Shown here: one piece after another, positions 46,895 through 57,239 of the stretch
Layout of the letters: the number at the start of each line of letters is the position of its first letter
Position numbering within the stretch: position 1 is the stretch's first letter
Assembly: GCA_965208125.1 (NCBI GenBank)
Contig: OZ242320.1
Location: 1,184,001-1,248,000 of the forward strand
Source of the DNA: Candidatus Latescibacterota bacterium
Lineage (GTDB): Bacteria; Latescibacterota; UBA2968
Direction of reading: 5' to 3'
DNA length: 64,000 nucleotides
Position numbers and translations under genes: made by a program
Notes under the pieces: generated by a model
Told to the model about the DNA's origin: nothing
What the model saw: the letters and a program-made list of their open reading frames with translations, nothing else
Databases searched by the model: none

Positions 46895-49800
46895 ATGAAT
46901 CACTGGTGGACGCGCCGACTACAAGTCGGCCTTTTGGGGATTGCGATAATTTTAATAGCCATGTGGGGATGTGGACGCGAGCGCGTAAATCCAATTGACT
47001 CACAATATGAGGGTGAGGGAACCGTAGCTTTGAATTCGCCGGGCAATATTCGCGCCCAGGGTGATATTGGACGGATCATTTTGAACTGGAATCCGGTAAA
47101 CAGCACCAGCCTTGCGGGATACGGTATATGGCGATCAACATCGGCTACGGGAAGCTACGAGCTATTGCGCGGCGAATCATCTGTCCCCGACGTGACGACA
47201 GCACGGACGACTTATGTGGATTCAACAGTAGATGTTAGTGTATCAAAAATATACTTTTACAAACTCAGTAGCGTAGATGTAGAAGGGCAAGCGAGCGAAT
47301 TATCTACATTTGTGAGCGCGGAAGTCCTCGATGACACGCGCGCGCCGGCTATGCCGACAAATTTCGTCGCTATCACCGATGCCGATGGCAAACAGGTGAC
47401 ACTGGGCTGGTCAGCGCCAGAAACGGATGTGGGTAATCAGGAATTGACCGGCCTGTCCGGGTACAGAATTTTCAGGATCAAAGATTCGCAGGGCAAACTC
47501 CAGATACAAGGTGCGGAAACAGCACTGATTGCACTCGCAACAGAACTGGGCATTGACCTCGATAATCTGGGAGAAATATCCGAAGATTTGAAGGATATTT
47601 TCGTCGAACTTGGGACAGTGCCAGCCGGCCAGACTTATTTTCTCGATACCGATGGCCTCGAAGCTGGCGTACTTCACGTTTATGTGGTCATCGCTGTTGA
47701 TCCAGATGGCAACATTGGTCCTCCAGCACTTGCATTAGTGACCATAAGCGCACCGGGTGCAAACGTACCAGTGCCTGCTGGCTTGCGCGCAACACAAAAT
47801 GAACAGGCGCGCATTGTCATCTCCTGGAATCCCGTGAACGACCCCAATTTGCTGGGCTATCTGGTCTTGCGGTCACAATCGACGCAAGGTCCTTTCACAC
47901 CCGTCACAAGCGATACGCTCTTTACCACGGGGCAGACGACCTATGTCGATTCGCTTGTCGCCACCGATCAAGTGTATTTCTACAAAGTTCAAACCGTTGT
48001 GCAAGATCCCAATCTTGGACTATTGCACAGTGATCCTTCCACTTTTATCGACGGACAGGCACTCGCCGACCAGAGTGCGCCTGGTGCGCCATCGGATCTC
48101 ATTGTCAGTTTAGACGATGCGAATTTCCAGCGCGTGATGCTCAGCTGGACTGCACCTGTAACAGACAGAAATGGGAATGAGTTGACCGGATTGGCCTCCT
48201 TTGAGATCTACCGGTCACGCGACAACAACACATCCTTTGCGCTGATCGCTACAGTATCGAGCGATCAGGCGAGTTTTGTGGATACTTCTGTCGAATTGCT
48301 CACGACGTATTTCTACGCGATCAGAGCAGTGGATCAGGCAGGCAATGCTGGACCCCGGTCTCAGCCGATATCTGTGACCACGAAGGGCTTTGCCATTCCA
48401 CGCAACGTGCAAGCCGCTGGTGGTGAGCAGAAAATCACCTTGACCTGGGCGGCAAACACCGAGCCGGAATTGACTGGATATGAGATACTCCGCTATACAG
48501 ATCCCACACATGAAACACCTGACAAAACCTTCTCTTCTGTATTGACGACATATGTGGATACCCCCGTCACAGCAGATCAGCCCTTTGTCTATCGCGTGCG
48601 TGCGGTTGGCACCGCCAATGTGAAGAGCGAACTGTCGGCTCCCGTCTCTGCACAGGCCACTGAATCTGCGCCAGTTTTGGCAGCCCCGCGCAATGTGCAG
48701 GCAAGGGGTGGAATAGGACACATTACCATCACCTGGTCAGCCAATACAGAAGCAGAACTGACCGGGTATCGCGTAATGCGCTATACGGACCCGGCACAGA
48801 CAGTGGCCGAAGCGACCTTTACCACTGTGCAGACGACTTATGTCGATTCGCCGCTGGTAGCAGAACAGACCTATGTGTATCGCGTGCAGGCGGTTGGTAC
48901 CAACAACGAAGAAAGCGAAACTTCGCTGTATGCTTCTGCAACCGTCTCAGCCGATCAGAGCGCTCCTGGTGCTCCCTCAGATCTCATCCTCAGCTTAGAC
49001 GATGCGAATTTCCAACGCGTGATGCTCAGCTGGACGGCTCCCACAAGAGACAGCAATAACAATGAGTTGACTGGTCTGGCCTCCTTTGAGATCTATCGCT
49101 CACGCGGGAACAACACATCCTTTGCACTGATCGCTACAGTATCGAGCGACCAGGCGAGTTATGAGGACACATCTGTCGAATTGCTCACGACGTATTTCTA
49201 CGCAGTCAGAGCAGTGGATCAGTCAGGCAACGCTGGACCTCGTTCACAGTCGGTTTCCGTGACCACGAAGGGCTTTGCCGTTCCACGCAACGTGCAAGCC
49301 GCTGGTGGTGAGCAGAAAATCACCCTGACCTGGGCAGCAAACACCGAGCCAGAACTGACTGGATACGAGATATTGCGCTATACAGATCCCACGCAAGAAA
49401 CACCTGACCAGACCTTCTCTTCTGTATTGACGACGTATGTGGATACCCCCGTCACAGCAGATCAGCCCTTTGTCTATCGCGTGCGTGCGGTTGGTCCTTC
49501 CAACGTGAAGAGTGAACTATCGGCCTTTGTCTCTGCCCAGGCCACTGAATCTGCGCCAGTTTTGGCAGCACCGCGCAATGTGCAGGCAAGAGGTGGAATA
49601 GGACACATTACCATCACCTGGTCAGCCAATACAGAAGCAGAACTGACCGGATATCGCGTGTTGCGCTATACAGACCCTGCTCAAACCGAAGCTGAAGCGA
49701 CCTTCACAACCGTACAGACGACTTATGTTGACTCTCCGCTGGTAGCAGAACAGACCTATGTGTATCGCGTACAGGCGGTTGGTACCAACAACGAAGAAAG

Positions 49801-52800
49801 CGAACTCTCGCTGTATGCTTCTGCGACAGTCTCTGCTGATCAGAGTGCGCCTGGTGCGCCTTCGGATCTCATCCTCAGCTTAGACGATGCGAATTTCCAG
49901 CGTGTGATGCTTAGCTGGACGGCTCCCACGAGAGACAGCAATAACAATGAATTGACTGGACTGGCCTCCTTTGAGATCTACCGGTCACGCGGGAACAACA
50001 CATCCTTTGCGTTGATCGCTACAGTATCGAGTGATCAGGCGAGTTATGAGGACACATCTGTCGAATTGCTCACGACGTATTTCTACGCAGTCAGAGCAGT
50101 GGATCAGGCAGGCAACGCTGGACCTCGTTCACAGTCGGTTTCCGTGACCACGAAGGGCTTTGCCATTCCACGCAACGTGCAAGCCGCTGGTGGTGAGCAG
50201 AAAATCACCTTGACCTGGGCTGCAAACACCGAGCCGGAATTGGTGGGCTATGAGATACTCCGCTATACAGATCCCACGCACGAAACACCCGACAAGATCT
50301 TCTCTTCTGTGTTGACGACATATGTGGATACCCCCGTTACAGCAGATCAGCCCTTTGTCTATCGCGTGCGTGCGGTTGGCACCGCCAATGTGAAGAGCGA
50401 ACTGTCGGCTCCCGTCTCTGCACAGGCCACTGAATCTGCGCCTGTATTGGTAGCCCCGCGCAATGTGCAGGCAAGGGGTGGAATCAATCAGATTACCATC
50501 ACCTGGACTGCCAACACAGAAGCAGAACTGACCGGGTATCGCGTAATGCGCTATACAGACCCGGCACAGACAGTGGCTAAAGCGACCTTTACCACTGTGC
50601 AGACGACCTATGTCGATTCGCCACTGGTATCAGGACAGACCTATGTCTATCGCGTACAGGCGGTTGGCACCAATAACGAAAAGAGTGAACTGTCGCTGTA
50701 TGCTTCTGCGACAGTTGCAACCGATCAGAGTGCGCCTGGTGCTCCCTCAGATCTCATTGTCAGCTTAGACGATGCGAATTTCCAGCGCGTGATGCTCAGC
50801 TGGACGGCTCCCACAAGAGACAGCAATAACAATGAGTTGACTGGTCTGGCCTCCTTTGAAATTTATCGCTCACGCGGGAACAACACATCCTTTGCACTGC
50901 TCACTACAGTATCGAGCGATCAAGCGAGTTATGAGGACACATCTGTCGAATTGCTCACGACGTATTTCTACGCAGTCAGAGCAGTGGATCAGTCAGGCAA
51001 TGCCGGACCTCGTTCACAGTCGGTTTCCGTGACCACGAAGGGCTTTGCCGTTCCACGCAACGTGCAAGCCGCTGGTGGTGAGCAGAAAATCACCCTGACC
51101 TGGGCAGCAAACACCGAGCCAGAACTGACTGGATACGAGATCTTGCGCTATACAGATCTCACCCAAGCTACACCTGACCGGACCTTCTCTTCTATATTGA
51201 CGACGTATGTGGATACACCTGTCACAGCAGATCAGCCCTTTGTCTATCGCGTGCGTGCGGTTGGTCCTTCCAATGTCAAGAGTGAACTCTCGGCTCCCGT
51301 CTCTGCCCAGGCCCTGGAATCTGCGCCAGTTTTGGCAGCCCCGCGCAATGTGCAGGCAAGGGGTGGAATAGGACACATTACCATCACCTGGTCAGCCAAT
51401 ACAGAAGCAGAACTGACCGGGTATCGCGTAATGCGCTATACGGACCCTGCTCAAACCGAGGCCGATGCGACCTTTACCACTGTGCAGACGACTTATGTCG
51501 ATTCGCCGCTGGTAGCAGAACAGACCTATGTGTATCGCGTACAGGCTGTTGGCACCAATAACGAAGAAAGCGAAACTTCGCTGTATGCCTCTGCGACAGT
51601 TGCAACCGATCAGAGCGCGCCTGGCGCCCCCTCAGATCTCATCCTCAGCTTAGACGAGGCGAATTTCCAACGCGTGATGCTCAGTTGGACTGCACCTGTA
51701 ACAGACAGAAATGGCAATGAGTTGACAGGTCTGGCCTCCTTTGAAATCTACCGGTCACGCGACAACAACGCCTCCTTTGCACTGATCGCCACAGTATCGA
51801 GTGATCGGGTGAGTTACGTAGATTCTTCTGTCGAATTGCTCACCACGTATTTCTATACCGTCAGAGCAGTGGATCAGGCAGGCAACGCTGGACCCCGGTC
51901 ACAGCCAGTATCTGTGACCACGAAGGGCTTTGCCATCCCGCGCAATGTGCAAGCCGCTGGTGGTGAGCAGAAAATCACCTTGACCTGGGCTGCAAACACC
52001 GAGCCAGAACTGACCGGATATGAGATATTGCGCTATACAGATCTCACACAAGCAACACCTGACCGGACCTTCTCTTCCATATTGACGACGTATGTGGATA
52101 CGCCTGTCACAGCAGATCAGCCCTTTGTCTATCGCGTGCGTGCGGTTGGTCCTTCCAACGTGAAGAGTGAACTCTCGGCTCCCGTCTCTGCCCAGGCCAC
52201 TGCGCCTGCGCCTGTATTGGCAGCCCCGCGCAATGTGCAGGCAATTGATGGAATTGAGTACATTGCCATCACCTGGTTAGCCAATACAGAAGCAGAACTG
52301 ATCGGATATCGCGTGTTGCGCTATACAGACCCGGCGCAAACCGAAGCCGAAGCGACCTTTACCACTGTGCAGACGACTTATATCGATGCGGAGGTGGTAG
52401 TGGGGCGGACCTACGTGTATCGCGTGCAGGCGATTGGTTCTAATAACGAAGAAAGTGAACTCTCGCTATTTGCCTCTGCAGAGGTACTGCCTGATAACAG
52501 CCCACCTGCTACCCCCAGCAATTTTGAAGCTGCTCTGGCAAGTAGCGGCACATCAATTGAGTTGAGTTGGGATGCACCCACAAGGGATAGGGATATCAAC
52601 ATTCTGACTGGACTCGCTGGCTTTGTGATCTATCGTTTGGAAGTATCCAGTACGGACGCATCGAATGTTGCATTAACTAGGATAGCAACCATAGATGATC
52701 CGACGCAGGAAATGTATCGGGATACCAATCTGCGAAGCCAAACGGAGTACAGGTATCGGATCTCTGCCATTGACCACCGTGGCAATGAGAGCCCTCCCTC

Positions 52801-53134
52801 GTCCATCAAGACGGTGACCACAACTGATTTGATCGTCGTGCCGCCAACAAATCTGCAGGCTGAGTACAATGACAGTGGTCCCGCGGTCGTTTTGAACTGG
52901 ACAGCCCCTGACGAGTTTGACAGTTTTACGATTCAACGTGCAGTACTCGCCGCAGGTACTTCCAGTCAAGCCTTAACAGACGCAGATTATACGACTTTGG
53001 CCTCCGCAATTCAGAGCGATTTTTATAGCGATACAAATATTCAAAGTGGCACCATCTATGTTTACCGGGTCCACACAAATCTTTCCGGACGGATCAGTGT
53101 TCCTTCAGATACTGTGCTTATGCCGGTTCCATAG
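46895..53134 (+). CDS. Giant fibronectin type III repeat lipoprotein (about 20 Fn3 domains)
   Basis: MWGC lipobox; repeated P.N/L..W....Y.I.R....Y.D......Y.Y.V.AV Fn3 pattern. Confidence 0.88.
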   Translation: MNHWWTRRLQVGLLGIAIILIAMWGCGRERVNPIDSQYEGEGTVALNSPGNIRAQGDIGRIILNWNPVNSTSLAGYGIWRSTSATGSYELLRGESSVPDVTTARTTYVDSTVDVSVSKIYFYKLSSVDVEGQASELSTFVSAEVLDDTRAPAMPTNFVAITDADGKQVTLGWSAPETDVGNQELTGLSGYRIFRIKDSQGKLQIQGAETALIALATELGIDLDNLGEISEDLKDIFVELGTVPAGQTYFLDTDGLEAGVLHVYVVIAVDPDGNIGPPALALVTISAPGANVPVPAGLRATQNEQARIVISWNPVNDPNLLGYLVLRSQSTQGPFTPVTSDTLFTTGQTTYVDSLVATDQVYFYKVQTVVQDPNLGLLHSDPSTFIDGQALADQSAPGAPSDLIVSLDDANFQRVMLSWTAPVTDRNGNELTGLASFEIYRSRDNNTSFALIATVSSDQASFVDTSVELLTTYFYAIRAVDQAGNAGPRSQPISVTTKGFAIPRNVQAAGGEQKITLTWAANTEPELTGYEILRYTDPTHETPDKTFSSVLTTYVDTPVTADQPFVYRVRAVGTANVKSELSAPVSAQATESAPVLAAPRNVQARGGIGHITITWSANTEAELTGYRVMRYTDPAQTVAEATFTTVQTTYVDSPLVAEQTYVYRVQAVGTNNEESETSLYASATVSADQSAPGAPSDLILSLDDANFQRVMLSWTAPTRDSNNNELTGLASFEIYRSRGNNTSFALIATVSSDQASYEDTSVELLTTYFYAVRAVDQSGNAGPRSQSVSVTTKGFAVPRNVQAAGGEQKITLTWAANTEPELTGYEILRYTDPTQETPDQTFSSVLTTYVDTPVTADQPFVYRVRAVGPSNVKSELSAFVSAQATESAPVLAAPRNVQARGGIGHITITWSANTEAELTGYRVLRYTDPAQTEAEATFTTVQTTYVDSPLVAEQTYVYRVQAVGTNNEESELSLYASATVSADQSAPGAPSDLILSLDDANFQRVMLSWTAPTRDSNNNELTGLASFEIYRSRGNNTSFALIATVSSDQASYEDTSVELLTTYFYAVRAVDQAGNAGPRSQSVSVTTKGFAIPRNVQAAGGEQKITLTWAANTEPELVGYEILRYTDPTHETPDKIFSSVLTTYVDTPVTADQPFVYRVRAVGTANVKSELSAPVSAQATESAPVLVAPRNVQARGGINQITITWTANTEAELTGYRVMRYTDPAQTVAKATFTTVQTTYVDSPLVSGQTYVYRVQAVGTNNEKSELSLYASATVATDQSAPGAPSDLIVSLDDANFQRVMLSWTAPTRDSNNNELTGLASFEIYRSRGNNTSFALLTTVSSDQASYEDTSVELLTTYFYAVRAVDQSGNAGPRSQSVSVTTKGFAVPRNVQAAGGEQKITLTWAANTEPELTGYEILRYTDLTQATPDRTFSSILTTYVDTPVTADQPFVYRVRAVGPSNVKSELSAPVSAQALESAPVLAAPRNVQARGGIGHITITWSANTEAELTGYRVMRYTDPAQTEADATFTTVQTTYVDSPLVAEQTYVYRVQAVGTNNEESETSLYASATVATDQSAPGAPSDLILSLDEANFQRVMLSWTAPVTDRNGNELTGLASFEIYRSRDNNASFALIATVSSDRVSYVDSSVELLTTYFYTVRAVDQAGNAGPRSQPVSVTTKGFAIPRNVQAAGGEQKITLTWAANTEPELTGYEILRYTDLTQATPDRTFSSILTTYVDTPVTADQPFVYRVRAVGPSNVKSELSAPVSAQATAPAPVLAAPRNVQAIDGIEYIAITWLANTEAELIGYRVLRYTDPAQTEAEATFTTVQTTYIDAEVVVGRTYVYRVQAIGSNNEESELSLFASAEVLPDNSPPATPSNFEAALASSGTSIELSWDAPTRDRDINILTGLAGFVIYRLEVSSTDASNVALTRIATIDDPTQEMYRDTNLRSQTEYRYRISAIDHRGNESPPSSIKTVTTTDLIVVPPTNLQAEYNDSGPAVVLNWTAPDEFDSFTIQRAVLAAGTSSQALTDADYTTLASAIQSDFYSDTNIQSGTIYVYRVHTNLSGRISVPSDTVLMPVP
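48068..52495 (+). repeat. Five tandem 885-bp repeats (three Fn3 domains each)
   Basis: The CAGAG(T/C)GC anchor recurs at 48071, 48956, 49841, 50726 and 51611, an exact 885-bp period. Confidence 0.93.
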
Positions 53135-53150
53135 AAGTCCGCAAGAAAGG

Positions 53151-53190
53151 AAAAAAATGGCGTCCTTCAAAAGAAGGACGCTATTTTTTT
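53151..53190. terminator. Bidirectional intrinsic terminator
   Basis: A-tract, GCGTCCTTC-AAAA-GAAGGACGC, T-tract. Confidence 0.8.
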
Positions 53191-53273
53191 TATATAAATA
53201 GAAGCCAAACTGTCGCCTTTTATGCGTCAGATGTACGAGTCAAAAATTTTCATAATATCTTTAACTGATTTTT

Positions 53274-53318
53274 TATCAACATGTTATAAATTTTATTACT
53301 CCTGGCACACATTATGCA
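53274..53318 (+). promoter_or_regulatory. IHF site plus sigma54 (-24/-12) promoter
   Basis: TATCAACATGTTA matches WATCAAN4TTR; TGGCAC-N5-ATGCA at 53303-53318 has the GG and GC dinucleotides 12 nt apart. Confidence 0.65.
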
Positions 53319-53360
53319 TGATGTCTCTTGTAAAACAACTCATTACATACTGGAGGTTTT

Positions 53361-54710
53361 ATGGGAGACATACTGATTGTTGATGGAAACCCGCAACGCG
53401 CAATGCAATTGGCGCAACTGGTAGAAGAACTGGGTGCCAACACGCGCATAGCGGGTTCTTTTTTTTACTGCTTGAAACGCATTGAAGAAAGAAAGCCCGA
53501 TCTCGCCCTTGTCGCTGAAATCCTCCCCGACGGACGGGGCTTAAAACTACTTCCCGTATTTGATGGCCTGTGTCCCGTCGTAATTGTGGGTGAATATATG
53601 GCATCTGATAGAATACTCGAGGCTTTATCGTCGGGAGCGCGCGATTTTCTCGTACACCCCATTGACCGGCAGACGCTGGATATTCTGATCTCTCAATTGC
53701 AAGTTGAGGGCAAAATCGCACTGCACTATCTGTCTCAGAATCCCAGAGGCGAGTCGCCCACGGGGATGGTGATTGGATCGTGTCCAGACATGTTATTCGC
53801 ACTCAAGCGCGCGGGCCTGGCATCGCGAACATCAGCCACGGTCCTGATCTATGGTGAAAGTGGAACCGGAAAAGAGTTAATGGCGCGAGAAATCCATCGG
53901 GCATCGGGACGGGTGGGTGCATTTGTAGCACTCAATTGTGCGGCAATAGCGGAAAACATTGCCGAAAGCGAACTCTTTGGGCATGAGCGAGGTGCTTTTA
54001 CCGGCGCCATAACCCGTCGGGCAGGGTGTTTTGAACAAGCCGATGGTGGCACGCTCTTTCTCGACGAAATTGGCGAAGCTTCGCCTGCATTTCAGGCCAA
54101 GCTATTGCGGGTATTAGACCGCGGTGAATTTGTCAGAGTTGGCGGGCAATCCCCCATACAAACGCAGGTTCGGATCATTGCTGCCACCAACCGCGATCTC
54201 GACGCCATGATTGAACAAGGCGAATTTCGTCTGGATTTGTTTTACAGGCTCAGTGCCGTGACCATATCCCTCCCCCCTCTGCGAGAGCGCAGCGGAGATA
54301 TTCCACACATTGTTCAAGCAATGCTAACGCGATTGAAAACCGATACGGGCGTAGAGGTTCAAGGGGTATCTGAAGCGGCAGTTGCGTATCTGGCGAGATG
54401 TGAATGGCCAGGCAATTTAAGGGAATTGCAACACGCCATTTACCGCGCAGCCCTGGCCTGTCAGAAAGGGGTCATTCGACCCGAACATATCGATGTGCTC
54501 AGGCCCACACATGCCAGCGCACAGGACAAAATTGAAACCCTGAATGAAATCGAACAAGCGCATATTGAGCGGGTGTTACTCACGACCGATGGCAACCAGG
54601 GGCGTGCCTGTGAGTTGCTCGGGATATCGAGACCGACGCTGAGACGAAAAATACGCCGATACGCGGCTGAAAGAACAAAAAATGGTCAGGTGAGTTCGAC
54701 CTTGACTTGA
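53361..54710 (+). CDS. Sigma54-dependent enhancer-binding protein with a degenerate receiver domain
   Basis: GESGTGKE, ESELFGHERGAFTGA, LFLDEIG, FRLDLFYRL, WPGNLREL, Fis-type HTH. Confidence 0.92.
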   Translation: MGDILIVDGNPQRAMQLAQLVEELGANTRIAGSFFYCLKRIEERKPDLALVAEILPDGRGLKLLPVFDGLCPVVIVGEYMASDRILEALSSGARDFLVHPIDRQTLDILISQLQVEGKIALHYLSQNPRGESPTGMVIGSCPDMLFALKRAGLASRTSATVLIYGESGTGKELMAREIHRASGRVGAFVALNCAAIAENIAESELFGHERGAFTGAITRRAGCFEQADGGTLFLDEIGEASPAFQAKLLRVLDRGEFVRVGGQSPIQTQVRIIAATNRDLDAMIEQGEFRLDLFYRLSAVTISLPPLRERSGDIPHIVQAMLTRLKTDTGVEVQGVSEAAVAYLARCEWPGNLRELQHAIYRAALACQKGVIRPEHIDVLRPTHASAQDKIETLNEIEQAHIERVLLTTDGNQGRACELLGISRPTLRRKIRRYAAERTKNGQVSSTLT

Positions 54711-54764
54711 AAAAGAGTGCGACTCATACTATGGTGAGTTCTCAATCTTTTTCAGGAGGTATTT

Positions 54765-55931
54765 ATGGGATTTCTCATTGATCTAATTTGCACAAAAACG
54801 GGCAAAGCCTATTCCAAAGACCGGCTCTGGAATTTGAGCCCAGAGGCAGAGGCACCGTTCTTTGCCCGATATGATCTCGATGCAGTTGCAAAAGCCATGC
54901 GCCGGGAAAAACTCGCAGCACGAGTACCGACAATGTGGCGTTATGCCGAAGTTTTGCCGGTCGAAAACGAGCAATTTCAGGTGAGTCTCGGCGAAGGATT
55001 TACCCCATTGTTACAAGCAACATCGCTGGGGCGAAAAATCGGTATGCCAAAGCTGTACATCAAAGACGAAGGGTTAAACCCGACAGGGTCATTTAAAGCG
55101 CGAGGCATGTCGGCGGCAATTTCAAAAGCTGCAGAACTGGGCGCTCAGGCCATTGCCATACCCTCGGCAGGCAATGCAGGCGGTGCAACAGCCGCTTATG
55201 CTGCGCGAGCGGGCTTGCCAGCGCATATTTTTATGCCCAAAGATGTACCACAGGCCAATTACATCGAATGCAAGGTCCTGGGCGCACATGTCGAATTAAT
55301 CGACGGCCTGATTTCCGATTGTGGAAAAATTGTGGCATCGCGCAAAGAAGTCGAAGGCTGGTTCGATATCTCGACACTCAAAGAACCATACCGCGTGGAA
55401 GGCAAAAAAACAATGGGCTATGAATTGGCCGAACAATTTGATTGGGAATTGCCAGAAGTCGTCATCTATCCAACCGGAGGTGGCACGGGACTGATAGGCA
55501 TGTGGAAGGCATTTGACGAAATGGAACAAATGGGCTGGATTGGCTCAGAACGCCCCCGCATGATATCCGTACAAGCCGAGGGATGCGCGCCTATTGTCCG
55601 GGCTTATCGCGCAGGAGAAGAACACGCCGAACCGTGGACCGATGCCGAAACAATCGCCGCAGGTCTGCGCGTTCCCGCTGCGGTAGGCGACTTTTTGATG
55701 CTAAAAGCCATTCGCGACAGCGGTGGATGCGCGCTTTCCGTCACAGATGAAGAACTGATGGCATCCGCGTCAAAAATGGCTGCTGCCGTGGGTTCATTTC
55801 CCGCACCCGAAGGCGCGGCTACCCTCGCTGCGCTTGAGAAACTCATAGCACAAAATCTGGTTAACGAACGCGAGCGCGTCGTATTATTCAACACGGGAAC
55901 GGGCTTAAAATACATCGAACTATTTGAGTAA
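54765..55931 (+). CDS. thrC: Threonine synthase (PLP-dependent)
   Basis: SLGEG.TPL, NPTGSFKARG, SAGNAG, YPTGGGTG, NTG.GLKY. Confidence 0.85.
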   Translation: MGFLIDLICTKTGKAYSKDRLWNLSPEAEAPFFARYDLDAVAKAMRREKLAARVPTMWRYAEVLPVENEQFQVSLGEGFTPLLQATSLGRKIGMPKLYIKDEGLNPTGSFKARGMSAAISKAAELGAQAIAIPSAGNAGGATAAYAARAGLPAHIFMPKDVPQANYIECKVLGAHVELIDGLISDCGKIVASRKEVEGWFDISTLKEPYRVEGKKTMGYELAEQFDWELPEVVIYPTGGGTGLIGMWKAFDEMEQMGWIGSERPRMISVQAEGCAPIVRAYRAGEEHAEPWTDAETIAAGLRVPAAVGDFLMLKAIRDSGGCALSVTDEELMASASKMAAAVGSFPAPEGAATLAALEKLIAQNLVNERERVVLFNTGTGLKYIELFE

Positions 55932-57239
55932 TACAGCATCTGCAGCCGCATACCCACTCCTGACAGCGCCTTCGATAGTCGGTGGCAATCCAGTGTCAGT
56001 CCAATCGCCCGCGAGAAACAGACGGGGGTGTGGCGTCTGGGTTTTGGGCACTGCACAAGAAAGTGGCAACGCGCAAGTCGCCGCGTGTTCGCATATCACT
56101 TTGGCGTGTAATATCTCGGCCTGTCGGCTTTCGGGAAAGACCTGATGGAGTTCTCTACAAGCCATGTCAATGAGATCATCATTTGACATGTGTAAAAGAT
56201 GATGCGCCGCACTTGCAACCATGGTGAGAAAGCCCTCAGAAGCGCAGTCATAGTTACCATAGAGCACGGACTTGTTAAAAACCCATTCCATTGTCGTACC
56301 GAGCAACCCGCACATAGGTTCCCGCATAATGGGTCGATCAAACCACAAGTTTACAGAAAGAATGGGTGATGGCTCGTATTGACAAAGCGTGTGATGGAGT
56401 TCGGCAAAGATTTTCCCACAAATCATCCTGGCGAGTTGTAGCGGAGGAACCGCCGCAATACACATATCTGTATCTATCACATCTCCCGAACGGGTATGGA
56501 TGCGAACGCCAGAAGAAGCAGGCACAATAGATGTCACGGCTTTTCCGCACAGAACCTCGCCATCCCGTTTTGAGATATATTCCCGTGCGCGATTCTCAAA
56601 CAAGCCGCTCAGACCCGTCCGCGCATATCCCAACCGCGCGCCATCTGGCTCGCCCCAAAAAGCTTCTCGCAGCACGGCTTGAAGATACCGCGCACTGGCA
56701 TTTTGAGGTCGTTGGTTAAGGGCGGCAATACAAAGCGGATCCCAGAAAGCCTCCCGCATACGCGGTTTCTGGCCGCAATCGTCGAGCCAGGCATCCACCG
56801 TAAGACCGATATCCAGATCCTTGTGCAACTCCGCCACAATTTTTCTCAACGGCGGGATATCTGTCCAGTGAACCGCACCAAATCGCAAAAAGCCCAACAA
56901 CAGATTCAGCGACACGGGTAAAAAGGATGGAAACCTCAATGTGTACGCGCCATCAACGGCGTGGCGAAAGTCTATTCTGAACTGAGGTTGAAACACCACA
57001 TCGTCGCGCGCACCAATCCGATCGAGAAAATCGAGCGTCTCCCGATAGCACTTCATCAACAGATGCTGCCCATTGTCAACAGTATCGCCCGTAACGGGAT
57101 CTGTAAACGAAAAGGTACGCCCTCCCAATTGCTGCCGCCGCTCCAAAAGTGTAACGGAATATCCGGCATCGCAAAGGCGAACAGCTGCTGCAAGACCCGC
57201 AAACCCTCCCCCGATTATGGTTACGCGTTTCACAATCAC
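55920..57239 (-). CDS. hpnE: Hydroxysqualene dehydroxylase HpnE
   Basis: GGGFAGLAAA FAD motif, DNGQHLL, LAGDWTDTGLP.TIEGAVRSG; adjacent to hpnCD. Confidence 0.88.
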   Translation of the reverse strand: MIVKRVTIIGGGFAGLAAAVRLCDAGYSVTLLERRQQLGGRTFSFTDPVTGDTVDNGQHLLMKCYRETLDFLDRIGARDDVVFQPQFRIDFRHAVDGAYTLRFPSFLPVSLNLLLGFLRFGAVHWTDIPPLRKIVAELHKDLDIGLTVDAWLDDCGQKPRMREAFWDPLCIAALNQRPQNASARYLQAVLREAFWGEPDGARLGYARTGLSGLFENRAREYISKRDGEVLCGKAVTSIVPASSGVRIHTRSGDVIDTDMCIAAVPPLQLARMICGKIFAELHHTLCQYEPSPILSVNLWFDRPIMREPMCGLLGTTMEWVFNKSVLYGNYDCASEGFLTMVASAAHHLLHMSNDDLIDMACRELHQVFPESRQAEILHAKVICEHAATCALPLSCAVPKTQTPHPRLFLAGDWTDTGLPPTIEGAVRSGYAAADAVLLK

